In this document: positions 9,966 to 19,419 of the stretch, one piece after another
How positions within the stretch are numbered: the first letter of the stretch is position 1
Layout of the letters: every line of letters starts with the position of its first letter
Assembly (NCBI GenBank): GCA_050248855.1
Contig: JBFWRP010000029.1
Span: 1-57,132 of the forward strand
Direction of reading: 5' to 3'
Length of the DNA stretch: 57,132 nt
Source of the DNA: Planctomycetota bacterium
GTDB taxonomy: Bacteria; Planctomycetota; PLA2; JAEUHO01
Position numbers and translations under genes: made by a program
Notes under the pieces: generated by a model
Database searches by the model: none
What the model was told of the DNA's origin: nothing
What the model saw: only the letters and a program-made list of their open reading frames with translations

Positions 9966-10241
9966 ATGCCTCGGGTCGAGCTGACGAACCACCTCCATGC
10001 CTTCTTCCCCGTGCTTGAGGGGAGCCACGAGGTGGCGGCAGGCACCGTGCGAGACGTGATCTCGGCACTGGAGGCGAAGGCCCCGGGCTTTGCGTTCTAC
10101 GTCTGCGACGAGGCCGGGCGCATGCGCCAGCATGTGAACGTCTTCGTGGACGGCGAGCGCATCCGCGATCGGGGCACGCTCCAGGACCCCGTGGGGCCGG
10201 ATTCCAGGGTGGTCATCGTGCAGGCCCTGAGCGGCGGGTAG
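9966..10241 (+). CDS. MoaD/ThiS-family ubiquitin-like protein
   Basis: About 91 aa, HVNVFVDGE, C-terminal ALSGG. Confidence 0.9.
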   Translation: MPRVELTNHLHAFFPVLEGSHEVAAGTVRDVISALEAKAPGFAFYVCDEAGRMRQHVNVFVDGERIRDRGTLQDPVGPDSRVVIVQALSGG

Positions 10242-10271
10242 GCTCTCCGACCCGCCGGAGGGAGGTCGATC

Positions 10272-11435
10272 ATGTCCAATCGCATCTTGGTCGGTACGCG
10301 CAAGGGAACGTTCTTCGTGGACCGTGGCGGCAGCGGCTGGTCGCTCCGTCTGGCCGGTCACCGCGGCTCGGGCGTCAACTACGTCGCGCGCGACCCCGGC
10401 ACGGGCACGACCTGGGCCCTGCTCGGCCATGGCCACTGGGGCGCAAAGCTCTCGCGCTCCACCGACGACGGCGCCACATGGGCGGACGCGCCGCAGCTGA
10501 AGTACCCCGAGGGGGCGCGCCACTACCTGCCGCCGCCGCCCTCGGACACGGGTTCCGGCGAGGGTGCCCCCGTGCTCAAGCCCGCGACGCTCTTGAAGCT
10601 CTGGGTCATGGCGTTCGGCGGCGATGGGGCCATCCACATCGGCACCATCCCCGGCGGCCTGTTCACCAGCCGCGATGGCGGCGAGTCGTTCGACCTGGTC
10701 CGCGGCCTCTGGGACCACGAGTCGCGCGGGGGTGACCTCTTCCGCGGCGAAGGCAACGGCACGACCAAGTGGTTCGGCACGCCTGCGGCCGACGGCGAGT
10801 TCTCGCCGGGCATCCACTCGATCGCCGTGGACCCGCGCGACCCCAAGCACATGTACGTGGCCATCAGCACGGCCGGCGTCCTGGAGACGACGGACGGCGG
10901 GGACACGTGGCATGTGCGCAACAAGGGACTGATCATGGACTACTCGCCCGATCCCACGGACGAGTGGGCGGGCCACGATCCGCACTACGTTGCACTCTGC
11001 AAGGCCGATCCGGACCACATGTGGCAGCAGAACCACTGCGGCGTGTTCGCCAGCACCGATGGGGCGTCCACGTGGAAGCGCGTCAGCGCCCCGGACCAGG
11101 GGGTGCACTTCGGCTTTCCCGTCGCCGTCGACGACAAGGACGGCAAGACGGCGTGGCTGGTGCCCGGCCACTCCGACGCCCAGCGCACCACGGTGGACGG
11201 CGGCCTGTTCGTGGCGCGCACCGAGGACGGGGGCGCCACGTGGCAGCAGCTGCGCAAGGGGCTTCCGCAGGAGCACGCCTACGACGTGGTCTACCGACAC
11301 GCGCTGGACAACGCCGGCGATCGCCTCGCCTTCGGCAGCACCACGGGCAACCTCTACCTCAGCGAAGACCGCGGCGACTCCTGGACCCCCGTCGCGCGGA
11401 ACCTGCCGCCGATCTACTCCGTGCGCTTCGCGTAG
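10272..11435 (+). CDS. BNR/Asp-box beta-propeller (sialidase-like) protein
   Basis: GTRKG N-terminus and multiple (S/T)xDGGxTW Asp-boxes. GGAGG RBS. No signal peptide. Confidence 0.9.
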   Translation: MSNRILVGTRKGTFFVDRGGSGWSLRLAGHRGSGVNYVARDPGTGTTWALLGHGHWGAKLSRSTDDGATWADAPQLKYPEGARHYLPPPPSDTGSGEGAPVLKPATLLKLWVMAFGGDGAIHIGTIPGGLFTSRDGGESFDLVRGLWDHESRGGDLFRGEGNGTTKWFGTPAADGEFSPGIHSIAVDPRDPKHMYVAISTAGVLETTDGGDTWHVRNKGLIMDYSPDPTDEWAGHDPHYVALCKADPDHMWQQNHCGVFASTDGASTWKRVSAPDQGVHFGFPVAVDDKDGKTAWLVPGHSDAQRTTVDGGLFVARTEDGGATWQQLRKGLPQEHAYDVVYRHALDNAGDRLAFGSTTGNLYLSEDRGDSWTPVARNLPPIYSVRFA

Positions 11436-11549
11436 CTCGTCTGCGCCGAGGACGCACGCGCGGAGGTGCCCCGCTCCTTCGTGCGCCGCCCGACGATGGG
11501 GGGCGCGTTGGCGCTTGCGCGCGAAGCCTGGAGCCTCGCACCGCCTGCG

Positions 11550-11900
11550 TCAGCCGCGGCGCTTGACGTGCGACAGGACGTAGACGGCGCACAGCACGCC
11601 CATGCCGATCTGGCCCGCGACGGCCAGCGGACGCTCCAGGGGTTGCCCCTGCAGCGACGCGATCCACTTGGGCAGGCCCATGGCCAGTCCGCCGGCCGCC
11701 CCGACCAGTGCGAACAGGAACCCGCCGCGAAGCGCGGACTTGGCCACGCCCGGCCGCGCGGCGGCCGAGGCCAGCATGATCTCGACCGCGCCGACGAACG
11801 CCGGGATCAACGCCGTGGTCTGCTCGCGGCCCGTGGCGAGCCAGAGGCCGACGCCGAGCAACACGAGGCTGAGTCCCAAGGCATGCAGGGCGAGGCGCAT
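11550..11900 (-). CDS. Small four-TM membrane protein
   Basis: Hydrophobic segments, TALIPAF motif, GGAGG RBS. Confidence 0.7.
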   Translation of the reverse strand: MRLALHALGLSLVLLGVGLWLATGREQTTALIPAFVGAVEIMLASAAARPGVAKSALRGGFLFALVGAAGGLAMGLPKWIASLQGQPLERPLAVAGQIGMGVLCAVYVLSHVKRRG

Positions 11901-12013
11901 GCAGCCCTCCCTTCGTCACCCATCCCCGTGGGCGTGCCCCCTGGGGTAGCATCCGGCACGGGGTTCGCGCCACGTGGATCCGGGCGGCGCCCCCCGGGGA
12001 GGGACATCCCTTC

Positions 12014-13294
12014 ATGAGCCCCACTTCCGACGAGTCCGCCGGACCGGCCAGCGCGCTCGACCCGCAGGTCCTCGCCCGCCTGCTCGACGTGACGCGCCGC
12101 ATCAACTCGGAGACCGATCCCGACGCCATCCTCGGGACGATCGTCGACAGCCTCGTGTCCATCGCCCACGCCGATCGGGGGTTCCTCATGCTGCGCGGCG
12201 AGGACGGGCAGCTCCGCTTCACCGTCGCCCGCGACCGCAAGGGCCAGCCGCTCGAGGAGCGCAAGTTCCAGGTCTCTCGCGGCGTGGTGGACGAGGTCGC
12301 CGAGTCGGGCGAGCCGCGCCTGATCGACGATGCGGCCAGCTCCGACGCCTACAACGCGCGCATGAGCATCGTGAGCCTGAGCTTGCGCACCATCCTCTGC
12401 GTGCCGCTGCAGACGCAGGCCGGCGTGATCGGCGTGATCTACGTGGACAGCAACGCGATCACGCGTCGCTTCACGGAGGGCGACCTGCCCTTGGTCGAGA
12501 GCTTCGCGGCCCAAGCCGCGGCCACGCTCGAGCGCGTGCGCCTCGAGCGCGTGGCCCGCGAGCGCGATCGCATGGCCGCCCAGCTGCAGATTGCGGCCGA
12601 GATCCAGCGCACGTTCCTGCCGGCGACATTCCCGCCCGCGGCGGGGGTGGTGGGGGCGGTGGCGGCCGTGCCGGCCCAGCAGGTGGGCGGCGATCTCTAC
12701 GACGTGCTGCGCTTTCCGGACGGGCGCGTGGGTGTCATCGTCGGCGACGTGGCGGGGAAGGGCGTGCCGGGCGCGCTGTTCGGCGCGCGGCTGCTGAGCG
12801 ACCTGCGCGCCCAGGCCCTGCTGCACGGCGACGTGGGCGGCACGGTCACGGCCCTCAACGCCATCGTGGCGGAGCGCGCCACGCGCGGCATGTTCGTCAC
12901 GTTGATCTACGTCGTGCTGGACCCCAAGACGGGCCGCTGCCAGTACGCCAACGCCGGCCACATCGCGCCCACCGTGCGTCGCCCCGACGGCACGCTGGTC
13001 CGCTGGACGGACGTGCTCGGCCCGCCCCTTGGCATCTTGCCTGCGCTCACGTACGAGATGGGCGAGGCCCAGCTCGAGCCCGGTGAGGTGCTCGTGCTCC
13101 TGACCGACGGCCTCGGGGATGCGGTCGGCGAGAACGACCAGCGCTTCGAAGACGACCGCGTCGACGCCGTCATCACGCGTGCCGCAGGTGGGCCCCAAGA
13201 CGTCGTGGACAGCCTGCTGGCCGCGACGGCCGAGTTCACGGGCGCGCGGCCCCAGGCCGACGACCAGACCCTCCTGGCCATCGCGCGCGCTTGA
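12014..13294 (+). CDS. GAF domain + PP2C/SpoIIE (RsbU-like) phosphatase
   Basis: GVIYVD GAF motif, then VGGDLYD, GDVAGKG, ANAGH, TDGL and DDQT. Confidence 0.93.
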   Translation: MSPTSDESAGPASALDPQVLARLLDVTRRINSETDPDAILGTIVDSLVSIAHADRGFLMLRGEDGQLRFTVARDRKGQPLEERKFQVSRGVVDEVAESGEPRLIDDAASSDAYNARMSIVSLSLRTILCVPLQTQAGVIGVIYVDSNAITRRFTEGDLPLVESFAAQAAATLERVRLERVARERDRMAAQLQIAAEIQRTFLPATFPPAAGVVGAVAAVPAQQVGGDLYDVLRFPDGRVGVIVGDVAGKGVPGALFGARLLSDLRAQALLHGDVGGTVTALNAIVAERATRGMFVTLIYVVLDPKTGRCQYANAGHIAPTVRRPDGTLVRWTDVLGPPLGILPALTYEMGEAQLEPGEVLVLLTDGLGDAVGENDQRFEDDRVDAVITRAAGGPQDVVDSLLAATAEFTGARPQADDQTLLAIARA

Positions 13295-14481
13295 GGGAGC
13301 GGGTGTCCGCGTCGTCCCCGGGCGTCCTGCGGCCGAGCCCGCTGTCGCCGTGGCTCTGGCTGCGTCGGCATCCGCGGCAAGCGGCGCCGCTGGTGGCCAT
13401 CCAGGCCCTCGTGACGGCGCTGCTCGTGATGATCATCACGCCGACGAACGCGTTCCGGGCCACGAGCGAGGCCTACGCCGAGTCGCTGGCGCGCGTCACC
13501 ATCGCCAGCCCGCTCCGGCAGTTTGCCTTCGACGCCGACCTCCTGGCGCGCTTGGATGCCAACCCGGCCCAAGCCGAGCGCGTCGAAGCCAAGATGTTCT
13601 GGCTGAAGATGCCGATGATCGTGGGCCAGGGCTTCGCGCCGTTGATCGCGGTCCCCGACGAGGCTCGTGACGCTTTCCTGGAGCGCGTGGGGGCGCGCTT
13701 GGTCGAAGGACACTGGCCGCGGCCGGGCACCGACGACGCGGTGCTCCATGACAGCTTGATCACGGCGCGCGGCTTCCGGCTGGGCGATGCGTTCGGTCGC
13801 CTCGAGGACCCGGCCGATCCCACGCCCGGCCGCTTCGTCGTGGTGGGACGCCTCGAGGGTGCGGCGCGGCTGGGGCTCGTGGACCACGCCTACGCCAGTC
13901 GCCCTGCGAGCGTGCTCGCGCGCACGCCGCCCTTCCAGCTGGTCTACGCGCAGCCCGGCCGCGAAGCGGTCTCCGACGCCTACCTGCGCGACCTCGTGGA
14001 TGACGAGGGACGCAGCTTGCTGCACGTCGTGGACCGTGCGTACCTCGCCGAGCGCATCGACGAGAGCCTGGCGAACCTGCCCGTCCTGCTCGGGTTCATC
14101 ACCGTCGCCGTGGCGCTCGTGGTCGCCCTCGTGACGTCGTTGCTGGCGGTGGTCGCCTTCCAGGCGCGCGTGGACGAGCTCGGGTTGCAGCTCGCCGTAG
14201 GTCACCGCGTGCGCACCTTGGTGCGCAAGCTCGCCAGCGAGACCGCCCTCGTGGCCACGCTGGGCTGGGCGCTGGGCTTGGGCGTGGGTCTGCTCGCCGT
14301 GACGCTCTATCGGGATCTGGTGCTCGAGCCCAAGGGCATCCTCATGCACGTGCCCGACCTCCGGCCGATCCTCCTCTCCCTGCTGGTGCCGACGCTGAGC
14401 ACGGTGGTGGCCTCGGTCGTGATCGCACGACGCTTGCACGGCATGGACCCCGTGTCCGTGATCCAGCGGCGGGGCGCATGA
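13291..14481 (+). CDS. FtsX/MacB-like ABC transporter permease
   Basis: N-terminal TM, large periplasmic domain, three C-terminal TMs and a DPVSVI tail. Overlaps the ATPase start. Confidence 0.8.
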   Translation: MRERVSASSPGVLRPSPLSPWLWLRRHPRQAAPLVAIQALVTALLVMIITPTNAFRATSEAYAESLARVTIASPLRQFAFDADLLARLDANPAQAERVEAKMFWLKMPMIVGQGFAPLIAVPDEARDAFLERVGARLVEGHWPRPGTDDAVLHDSLITARGFRLGDAFGRLEDPADPTPGRFVVVGRLEGAARLGLVDHAYASRPASVLARTPPFQLVYAQPGREAVSDAYLRDLVDDEGRSLLHVVDRAYLAERIDESLANLPVLLGFITVAVALVVALVTSLLAVVAFQARVDELGLQLAVGHRVRTLVRKLASETALVATLGWALGLGVGLLAVTLYRDLVLEPKGILMHVPDLRPILLSLLVPTLSTVVASVVIARRLHGMDPVSVIQRRGA

Positions 14482-15140
14482 GCGGCCCCGAGCCGGTGAT
14501 CGAGGCGCGGGGCGTGGGCTTGGCCTACCGCGATGGCCCGCGGCAGGTCACTGCGCTTCACGGCATCGACCTTGCCGTCGGGCGCGGCGAGCGCGTGGCG
14601 CTCGTCGGGCCGAGCGGCTCGGGCAAGTCGAGCCTGCTGTTCGTGCTCGGCGGGCTGCGGCCACCGACGGAAGGTGAGGTGTGCCTGCTCGGGCGGCCGT
14701 TCCTCGGCACCGCCGACGCCACCGCGGACGTGCGCCGTCGCCACGTCGGCTTCCTCTTCCAGGAACCGTTCCTCGTGCCCTACCTCTCGGTGCGCGAGAA
14801 CGCCTTGGCCCACGTCCCGACCCCGGAGGCCCTCGAGCGCGTCGAGGCCCTGGCCGCCTCGATCGGCATCGCCCACCTGTTGGACGAGCGGCCGCACCGC
14901 CTCTCGGGCGGGGAGCGGCAGCGGGCCGGGCTGCTGAGGGCCCTGGCTGCGGGCCCGGACCTCGTCCTTGCGGACGAGCCGACGGCGTCCCTCGACCACG
15001 CGACGGGTCGGGCCGTGCTCGAAGCGCTGGCCGAGCACGCGCGCGACGCCGCCCTGGTCGTGGCGACCCACGATCTCTCCCTGCTCGACGCCGTGCACCG
15101 GGTGCTGCGGCTGGCCGACGGGCGGCAGGTACCCGGGTAG
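14478..15140 (+). CDS. LolD/MacB-type ABC ATP-binding protein
   Basis: GPSGSGKS, LSGGERQR, LADEPTASLD, H-loop. Confidence 0.93.
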   Translation: MSGPEPVIEARGVGLAYRDGPRQVTALHGIDLAVGRGERVALVGPSGSGKSSLLFVLGGLRPPTEGEVCLLGRPFLGTADATADVRRRHVGFLFQEPFLVPYLSVRENALAHVPTPEALERVEALAASIGIAHLLDERPHRLSGGERQRAGLLRALAAGPDLVLADEPTASLDHATGRAVLEALAEHARDAALVVATHDLSLLDAVHRVLRLADGRQVPG

Positions 15141-15183
15141 GGTGGGGGGCGCTCGCCCCACCGGGGGCCATGCGGAGGTGCCC

Positions 15184-16566
15184 ATGACCTGCTCGCGTGC
15201 GCGCGCCGCGCACCTCGTGCTCGTCTTCGTCGCCGTCGGGGCGGTCTGGCGCCCCGCCGCCGCCCCTGCCGAGGAGCCGCCGGTCGTCGAGGTACCCGAC
15301 GTGCGCCAACAGCGCGTGGCCGTCGCCCAGCTCCGGCTCGAGGAAGCCGGGCTTGCGGTCGGACGTCTCTGGCGCATGTCCGTGGAGCGCTTGGCCGCGG
15401 ACTACGGCATCGAGACCACCGTGGGTGCCGTCGCGTTCCAGCGGCCCAAGGGCGGCGTGCGGCGACCGCGAGGTCACACGGTCGACATGATCGTGGCGGC
15501 GGCGGTCGATGGGCCGCTTCCCGACCGCCTCCCGCCACCGACCGTGCCGCGCGCGCCCGCACCGGACACGCCCGCGCCGGACACGCCCGCGCCGGACACG
15601 CCCACGCCAGACACGCCCACGCCAGAGAGCCCCGCGGATGCCCCCGAGGCCCCGGCGGTTCCGCCGCCGCCGGTCGCCCCGTCCCCGGACCCCGACGACA
15701 TCGGGTCGCCCGAGGCCCCCGCGCCCGCGCCTCCGCCCGATCGCCAGATCGTGCCTCCCCTTCTCGGCTTGCACCTACCTGTCGCCGAGCAGCTCGCGCG
15801 CGATGCGGAGATGACGCTCTACGTGGACCGCGTGCCGGGCCATCCGATCGGCCGCGTGCTGCGCCAGTCCCCCGAGCCCTACAGCGCCCGCCCGCGCGGC
15901 GGCGTCGTCAAGGTCGTGGTCACGGCGGGCGGGGACTTCGAGGGCGAGACGGCGCCGCCGCCCACGGTGCACGTCGACGACGTGGACGTCCCCTCGTTGC
16001 TGGACCGGACCGGCCCCCAGGCCCTGCGCATCCTGAGGGACCTGCGTCTGGTCGGCAGCATCCTGGAGGCCGAACGCGGACCGCCAGGGCGGATCGTGGA
16101 CCAGAAGCCTCGCCCCCGCGAGCGCGTGCCCGTCGGCACGCTCGTGGAGGTCTGGGTGGCGCCCGGTGACCCGAGCAAGCCGGGCCCGCCACCCGGCAGC
16201 GAGGTCCCCGGCGTGCCCGAGGTCCCGACGAGGCCCGACCCTGCGCCGCCGGCGCCTGCGACCCCGGCGGTCGCCCCCGAGCCCCTGGCGCCTGCCGAGG
16301 GCACGGCCCTGCCCCGCCAGGCCAGTCTCGACCTCGGCTTCACCTGGACGGCCGTGGACGGCGCCGATGGCTACCTGCTCGAGGTCGACGAGCAGACCGC
16401 CGATGGCGCCTGGCTCGGCGTCTCCCGGGTTCGCGCCAAGCGCACGGCGGAGATCGTCACGGTCGAACGCCTCGACCCGCGCACCCCGCGGGCGCTGCGC
16501 TGGCGCGTCGCGGCACTCGTCGCCGGGCGGCCTGGACCGTTCAGCGCCTGGGTGACGCTGCCCTAG
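15184..16566 (+). CDS. Exported PASTA-domain protein with Pro-rich linkers
   Basis: Signal peptide. Three VPxL...QxP..G PASTA-like units and a C-terminal beta-sandwich-like region. Confidence 0.7.
   Translation: MTCSRARAAHLVLVFVAVGAVWRPAAAPAEEPPVVEVPDVRQQRVAVAQLRLEEAGLAVGRLWRMSVERLAADYGIETTVGAVAFQRPKGGVRRPRGHTVDMIVAAAVDGPLPDRLPPPTVPRAPAPDTPAPDTPAPDTPTPDTPTPESPADAPEAPAVPPPPVAPSPDPDDIGSPEAPAPAPPPDRQIVPPLLGLHLPVAEQLARDAEMTLYVDRVPGHPIGRVLRQSPEPYSARPRGGVVKVVVTAGGDFEGETAPPPTVHVDDVDVPSLLDRTGPQALRILRDLRLVGSILEAERGPPGRIVDQKPRPRERVPVGTLVEVWVAPGDPSKPGPPPGSEVPGVPEVPTRPDPAPPAPATPAVAPEPLAPAEGTALPRQASLDLGFTWTAVDGADGYLLEVDEQTADGAWLGVSRVRAKRTAEIVTVERLDPRTPRALRWRVAALVAGRPGPFSAWVTLP
15556..15632 (+). repeat. 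15-bp coding tandem repeat (PDTP(A/T)) x4-5
   Basis: ccggacacgcccgcg and ccagacacgcccacg units in tandem. Confidence 0.85.
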
Positions 16567-16605
16567 GGTGACGCTGTCCGTACGGAGGCGGACGCCGCCG
16601 GTTGG

Positions 16606-17412
16606 TCAGGCGCGGTCGAGGAAGTCGGTGTCCGGCGTCGCGGCCGAGGCGGCGTCGCGGATCTTGCGCAGCACGTGCTCGGCGGCCTCGCGCTCGCGCT
16701 TCCGGCCCTCGCTCTCGATCACGCGCAGGGGCTCGATCTCGACGTTCACGTCCACGTCCACGTCCCCGTTCTCCACGTGTTCGTCGGGGGCGGGTTCCTT
16801 CGGGCGCGCCGTCTTGGAGCGTGTGGGTCCGTTGCGCCACTCGTCGTAGGCCCGCACCCCTTCCATGGCCAGCTGGGTCGTCGAGATCTCGAAGGTCGGC
16901 AGGCCGTCCAGGAGCGGCGTGCCCTCGACGATGATGAAGTGGGCGCGGCGCGCGAAGCAGAGCGTGGTCGCGATCTCCCAGATGCGGCGCTCGGCCGCCC
17001 AGCGGGCCGCATCGTCGGGAAGCATGGCCACGGCCGCCGTCTGGCCCTGCTTCTCCTCCACCTCGACCAGGTGGACCATGTCCTCACGACCGAGCAGGTC
17101 CTCGCGGTAGAGGATCCGACCGAGCCGCTCGAAGAGCACGGTGCTCGTGGCCGCGACCACGTTGCCCTGCCGGAACATCAGGACGCGGACGTCATCGGCG
17201 TCGGCGACCACCAGCGCACCATCCAAGGTCTGGTTCGTGCAGAAGGTCAGCAGGTCGGCCGTCTGCCGCCCCGTGAAGCGGCCCGAGGCGCAGACCCTGT
17301 GCAGGCCCCCATCGCCGATCGGCGCGAGCAGCCCGGAGAGCGCCTGACCCAGCAGGGGGGACAGGGACTCGGGGAGCAGACGCTCGAACAGGATGGCGAT
17401 TTCCAGTCCCAT
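16606..17412 (-). CDS. DUF4388-like protein
   Basis: G...ADLLTF...GAL...FRQGNVVAA..ERLGRIL...LAMEGVRAYDEW pattern. Confidence 0.7.
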   Translation of the reverse strand: MGLEIAILFERLLPESLSPLLGQALSGLLAPIGDGGLHRVCASGRFTGRQTADLLTFCTNQTLDGALVVADADDVRVLMFRQGNVVAATSTVLFERLGRILYREDLLGREDMVHLVEVEEKQGQTAAVAMLPDDAARWAAERRIWEIATTLCFARRAHFIIVEGTPLLDGLPTFEISTTQLAMEGVRAYDEWRNGPTRSKTARPKEPAPDEHVENGDVDVDVNVEIEPLRVIESEGRKREREAAEHVLRKIRDAASAATPDTDFLDRA

Positions 17413-17544
17413 GCCTCGTCCCGAACCGGCGGCCGCGTCCATGAGGGCACGAACACGGGACCCCCCCGATGGGGCCACCTGTCCTACCTTTCGGCTCGCC
17501 AGGGCCCCAGCCCGAACTTCGGGCCCCGTATCCCCCGGAAACGC

Positions 17545-17982
17545 CTACCGCAACCGGGGCGCGAAGCCGTCCGCCCCCCGGATCCGCCAGTCCCCGTCGC
17601 CGTCCCGGCGCAGGGTCACGCGGCCCTCCAGCGGCAGGACCTGCCCGAGGGCCCGCACGCGCACCGTGACCCGGCTGGTGGCCTCGTCGTCGTCCACCCG
17701 GATGTCGCTGACGTCCACGGAGGTCCCCAGGGGACCGAAGCGCTTGGAGAGTGCCTCCAGCCGCGCGAGCGCCTGTTCGCGCGGTGTTCCGTCCTGCACG
17801 AAATCCTCGTGCAACAGGGCCCCCAGGGCCGCGAAATCCTTGCGGTCGAAGGACTTCGCGGCGTCTTCCAGGACCTGCTCGATGGCCTCGGCATCCGTCA
17901 CCACCAGCCGCTCGATGCCCCAGGCAAACCCCACCAGCAGGAGCAGGGACCACGGTGTCAGGTAGCGGGCGAGCCGGTTCAT
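17545..17982 (-). CDS. Membrane-anchored NTF2/SnoaL-like protein
   Basis: N-terminal TM, 'LLHEDF' and terminal 'GDWRI'. GGAGG RBS. Confidence 0.6.
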   Translation of the reverse strand: MNRLARYLTPWSLLLLVGFAWGIERLVVTDAEAIEQVLEDAAKSFDRKDFAALGALLHEDFVQDGTPREQALARLEALSKRFGPLGTSVDVSDIRVDDDEATSRVTVRVRALGQVLPLEGRVTLRRDGDGDWRIRGADGFAPRLR

Positions 17983-18055
17983 GGGCCTCCACGGTATCCG
18001 ACGACGCCCGCTCCCCGGGCCGCCCACCGGCGCGGTGACGGGTACACTTCCGACC

Positions 18056-18997
18056 ATGTCGGACGACGTGCAGAAATGGTGTGAGCTGGGTGCCCAGCAC
18101 CTGGAGCAGGGCGAGCCCGAAGAGGCCCTGCACTGGTACGAGCGGGCCATCGATGCCGACCCGGACAACGCCGACGCCTGGTGCGGTCGCGCCAAGAGCC
18201 AGTACGACATGGGCCGGCTCGAGCGCGCCGACCGCGACTACCGGCACGCCCTGAGGCTGGCCAAGGACCAGCTGCGGCTGGGCGAGGCGGAAGGCGGGCC
18301 CCGCCGCTGGTGGCTCGACCCCGAGACGAGGCCGTATCTGCACGCGCTGCGTGGCAAGGGCCTGTGCCGCTACTGGCTCGGCGACTGGCCGGGAGCCGTG
18401 CGGGCGTTCCAGCGCCTGCTCCAGCTGGCGCCGACCGACCCGCTCGACGCCCGGTACATGCTCGGTGAGGCCTGGCTGCGCGACGGCGACATCGACCGGG
18501 CCGTGCGCGCGTGGCAGGAGATGGGGGACGATCCCGACGCCCTCTACAATCTCGGCCTCGGCTACTTCTACCGCGGTGAGTTCGCCCGCTCCGTGCATGC
18601 GTTCCGGCGCGGGATCTTCGAGAACCTGTTCCTCGTGGCCCGCTTGGCCAACGCCGAGATCATCTCGAACGTGCCTCGCTACAGCGGCACGCACACGAAG
18701 GGCATGGACTGCGAAGGCTCCGCGGCCGACTACCTGGACCGCTGCGGCGATCTCTGGCGCGGCCGCCCGATCCTCGCCCGCTGGCTGCGCTCGATCTACG
18801 AGCACCCGCAGGTGCAGGAGGACGTGGCCCGCCACGTCGAGCAGCTTCGCGCGCTCGTGCGCGAGGACCTCGGCATCGGCGACCGCGCCCAGCTCGAGGG
18901 CGCCAACACGGCGCTGCGCAGCGAAGAGCGCCTCGAGCAGACCGACGCCGCCATCGCCGCCGAGCTCTGCGAGCGCCTCTTCCGCGTCAACGACTGA
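18056..18997 (+). CDS. Tetratricopeptide repeat protein
   Basis: Multiple TPR helices (AIDADPDNADAW, ALYNLGLGYF). Confidence 0.88.
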   Translation: MSDDVQKWCELGAQHLEQGEPEEALHWYERAIDADPDNADAWCGRAKSQYDMGRLERADRDYRHALRLAKDQLRLGEAEGGPRRWWLDPETRPYLHALRGKGLCRYWLGDWPGAVRAFQRLLQLAPTDPLDARYMLGEAWLRDGDIDRAVRAWQEMGDDPDALYNLGLGYFYRGEFARSVHAFRRGIFENLFLVARLANAEIISNVPRYSGTHTKGMDCEGSAADYLDRCGDLWRGRPILARWLRSIYEHPQVQEDVARHVEQLRALVREDLGIGDRAQLEGANTALRSEERLEQTDAAIAAELCERLFRVND

Positions 18998-19295
18998 GGA
19001 CGAGAGCAACCCGCCAGGCGGCGTACACGTGTTTGGCCCGCGACCTAGTCCCTGCAATGGAAGGTGCCTGAAGTCCGGGTCCGTGGGGGAGAGCCACTCT
19101 TCCATTGGACGGGGTGCCGTAGCCATGACGAACTGACACGCGAGTGCCGAATCGTCGGCGGCCTTGGGGCGAGCCGGCAATTGCCCGTCTTGGAGCGGCG
19201 CGCTGTGCCTACATGAGCGCCCAATCCCTTCTCGCTTCCATTCGAGCAGCCAGCCTCGTGCGCCGACGGAAGCAGGGGTCGCTCGCCACGAGTCG

Positions 19296-19393
19296 GCCCG
19301 TCAGGGCGAAGGTAGCGCGCCACCATCGGCGACGACTCGTGGTCTGTTCACTCGAGGAGCCGATGGTGGCGTGGGACCGAGCATCTGGCGGGC
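19296..19393 (+). repeat. 98-nt structured intergenic hairpin element, copy 1
   Basis: Ungapped homolog at 29844-29941 with an identical 42-nt core and covarying stems. Confidence 0.9.
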
Positions 19394-19419
19394 AGCACCC
19401 CCACACGCAAGCCCGCGAC

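Noticed and set aside
11954..11968. Sigma54 promoter for the phosphatase operon (CGGCACGGGGTTCGC)
   Set aside because: Weak -12 element, a competing TAGCAT -10 box is adjacent, and chance matches are likely in GC-rich DNA.
15556..15632. 15-bp tandem repeat as an array or regulatory element
   Set aside because: An in-frame Pro/Thr linker expansion within a CDS.
19296..19393. Hairpin as SRP RNA, attC site or CRISPR repeat
   Set aside because: Lacks the SRP CAGG-GNRA-AGCA motif and the attC RYYYAAC/GTTRRRY ends. Only two copies, 10.5 kb apart, with no spacers or cas genes.
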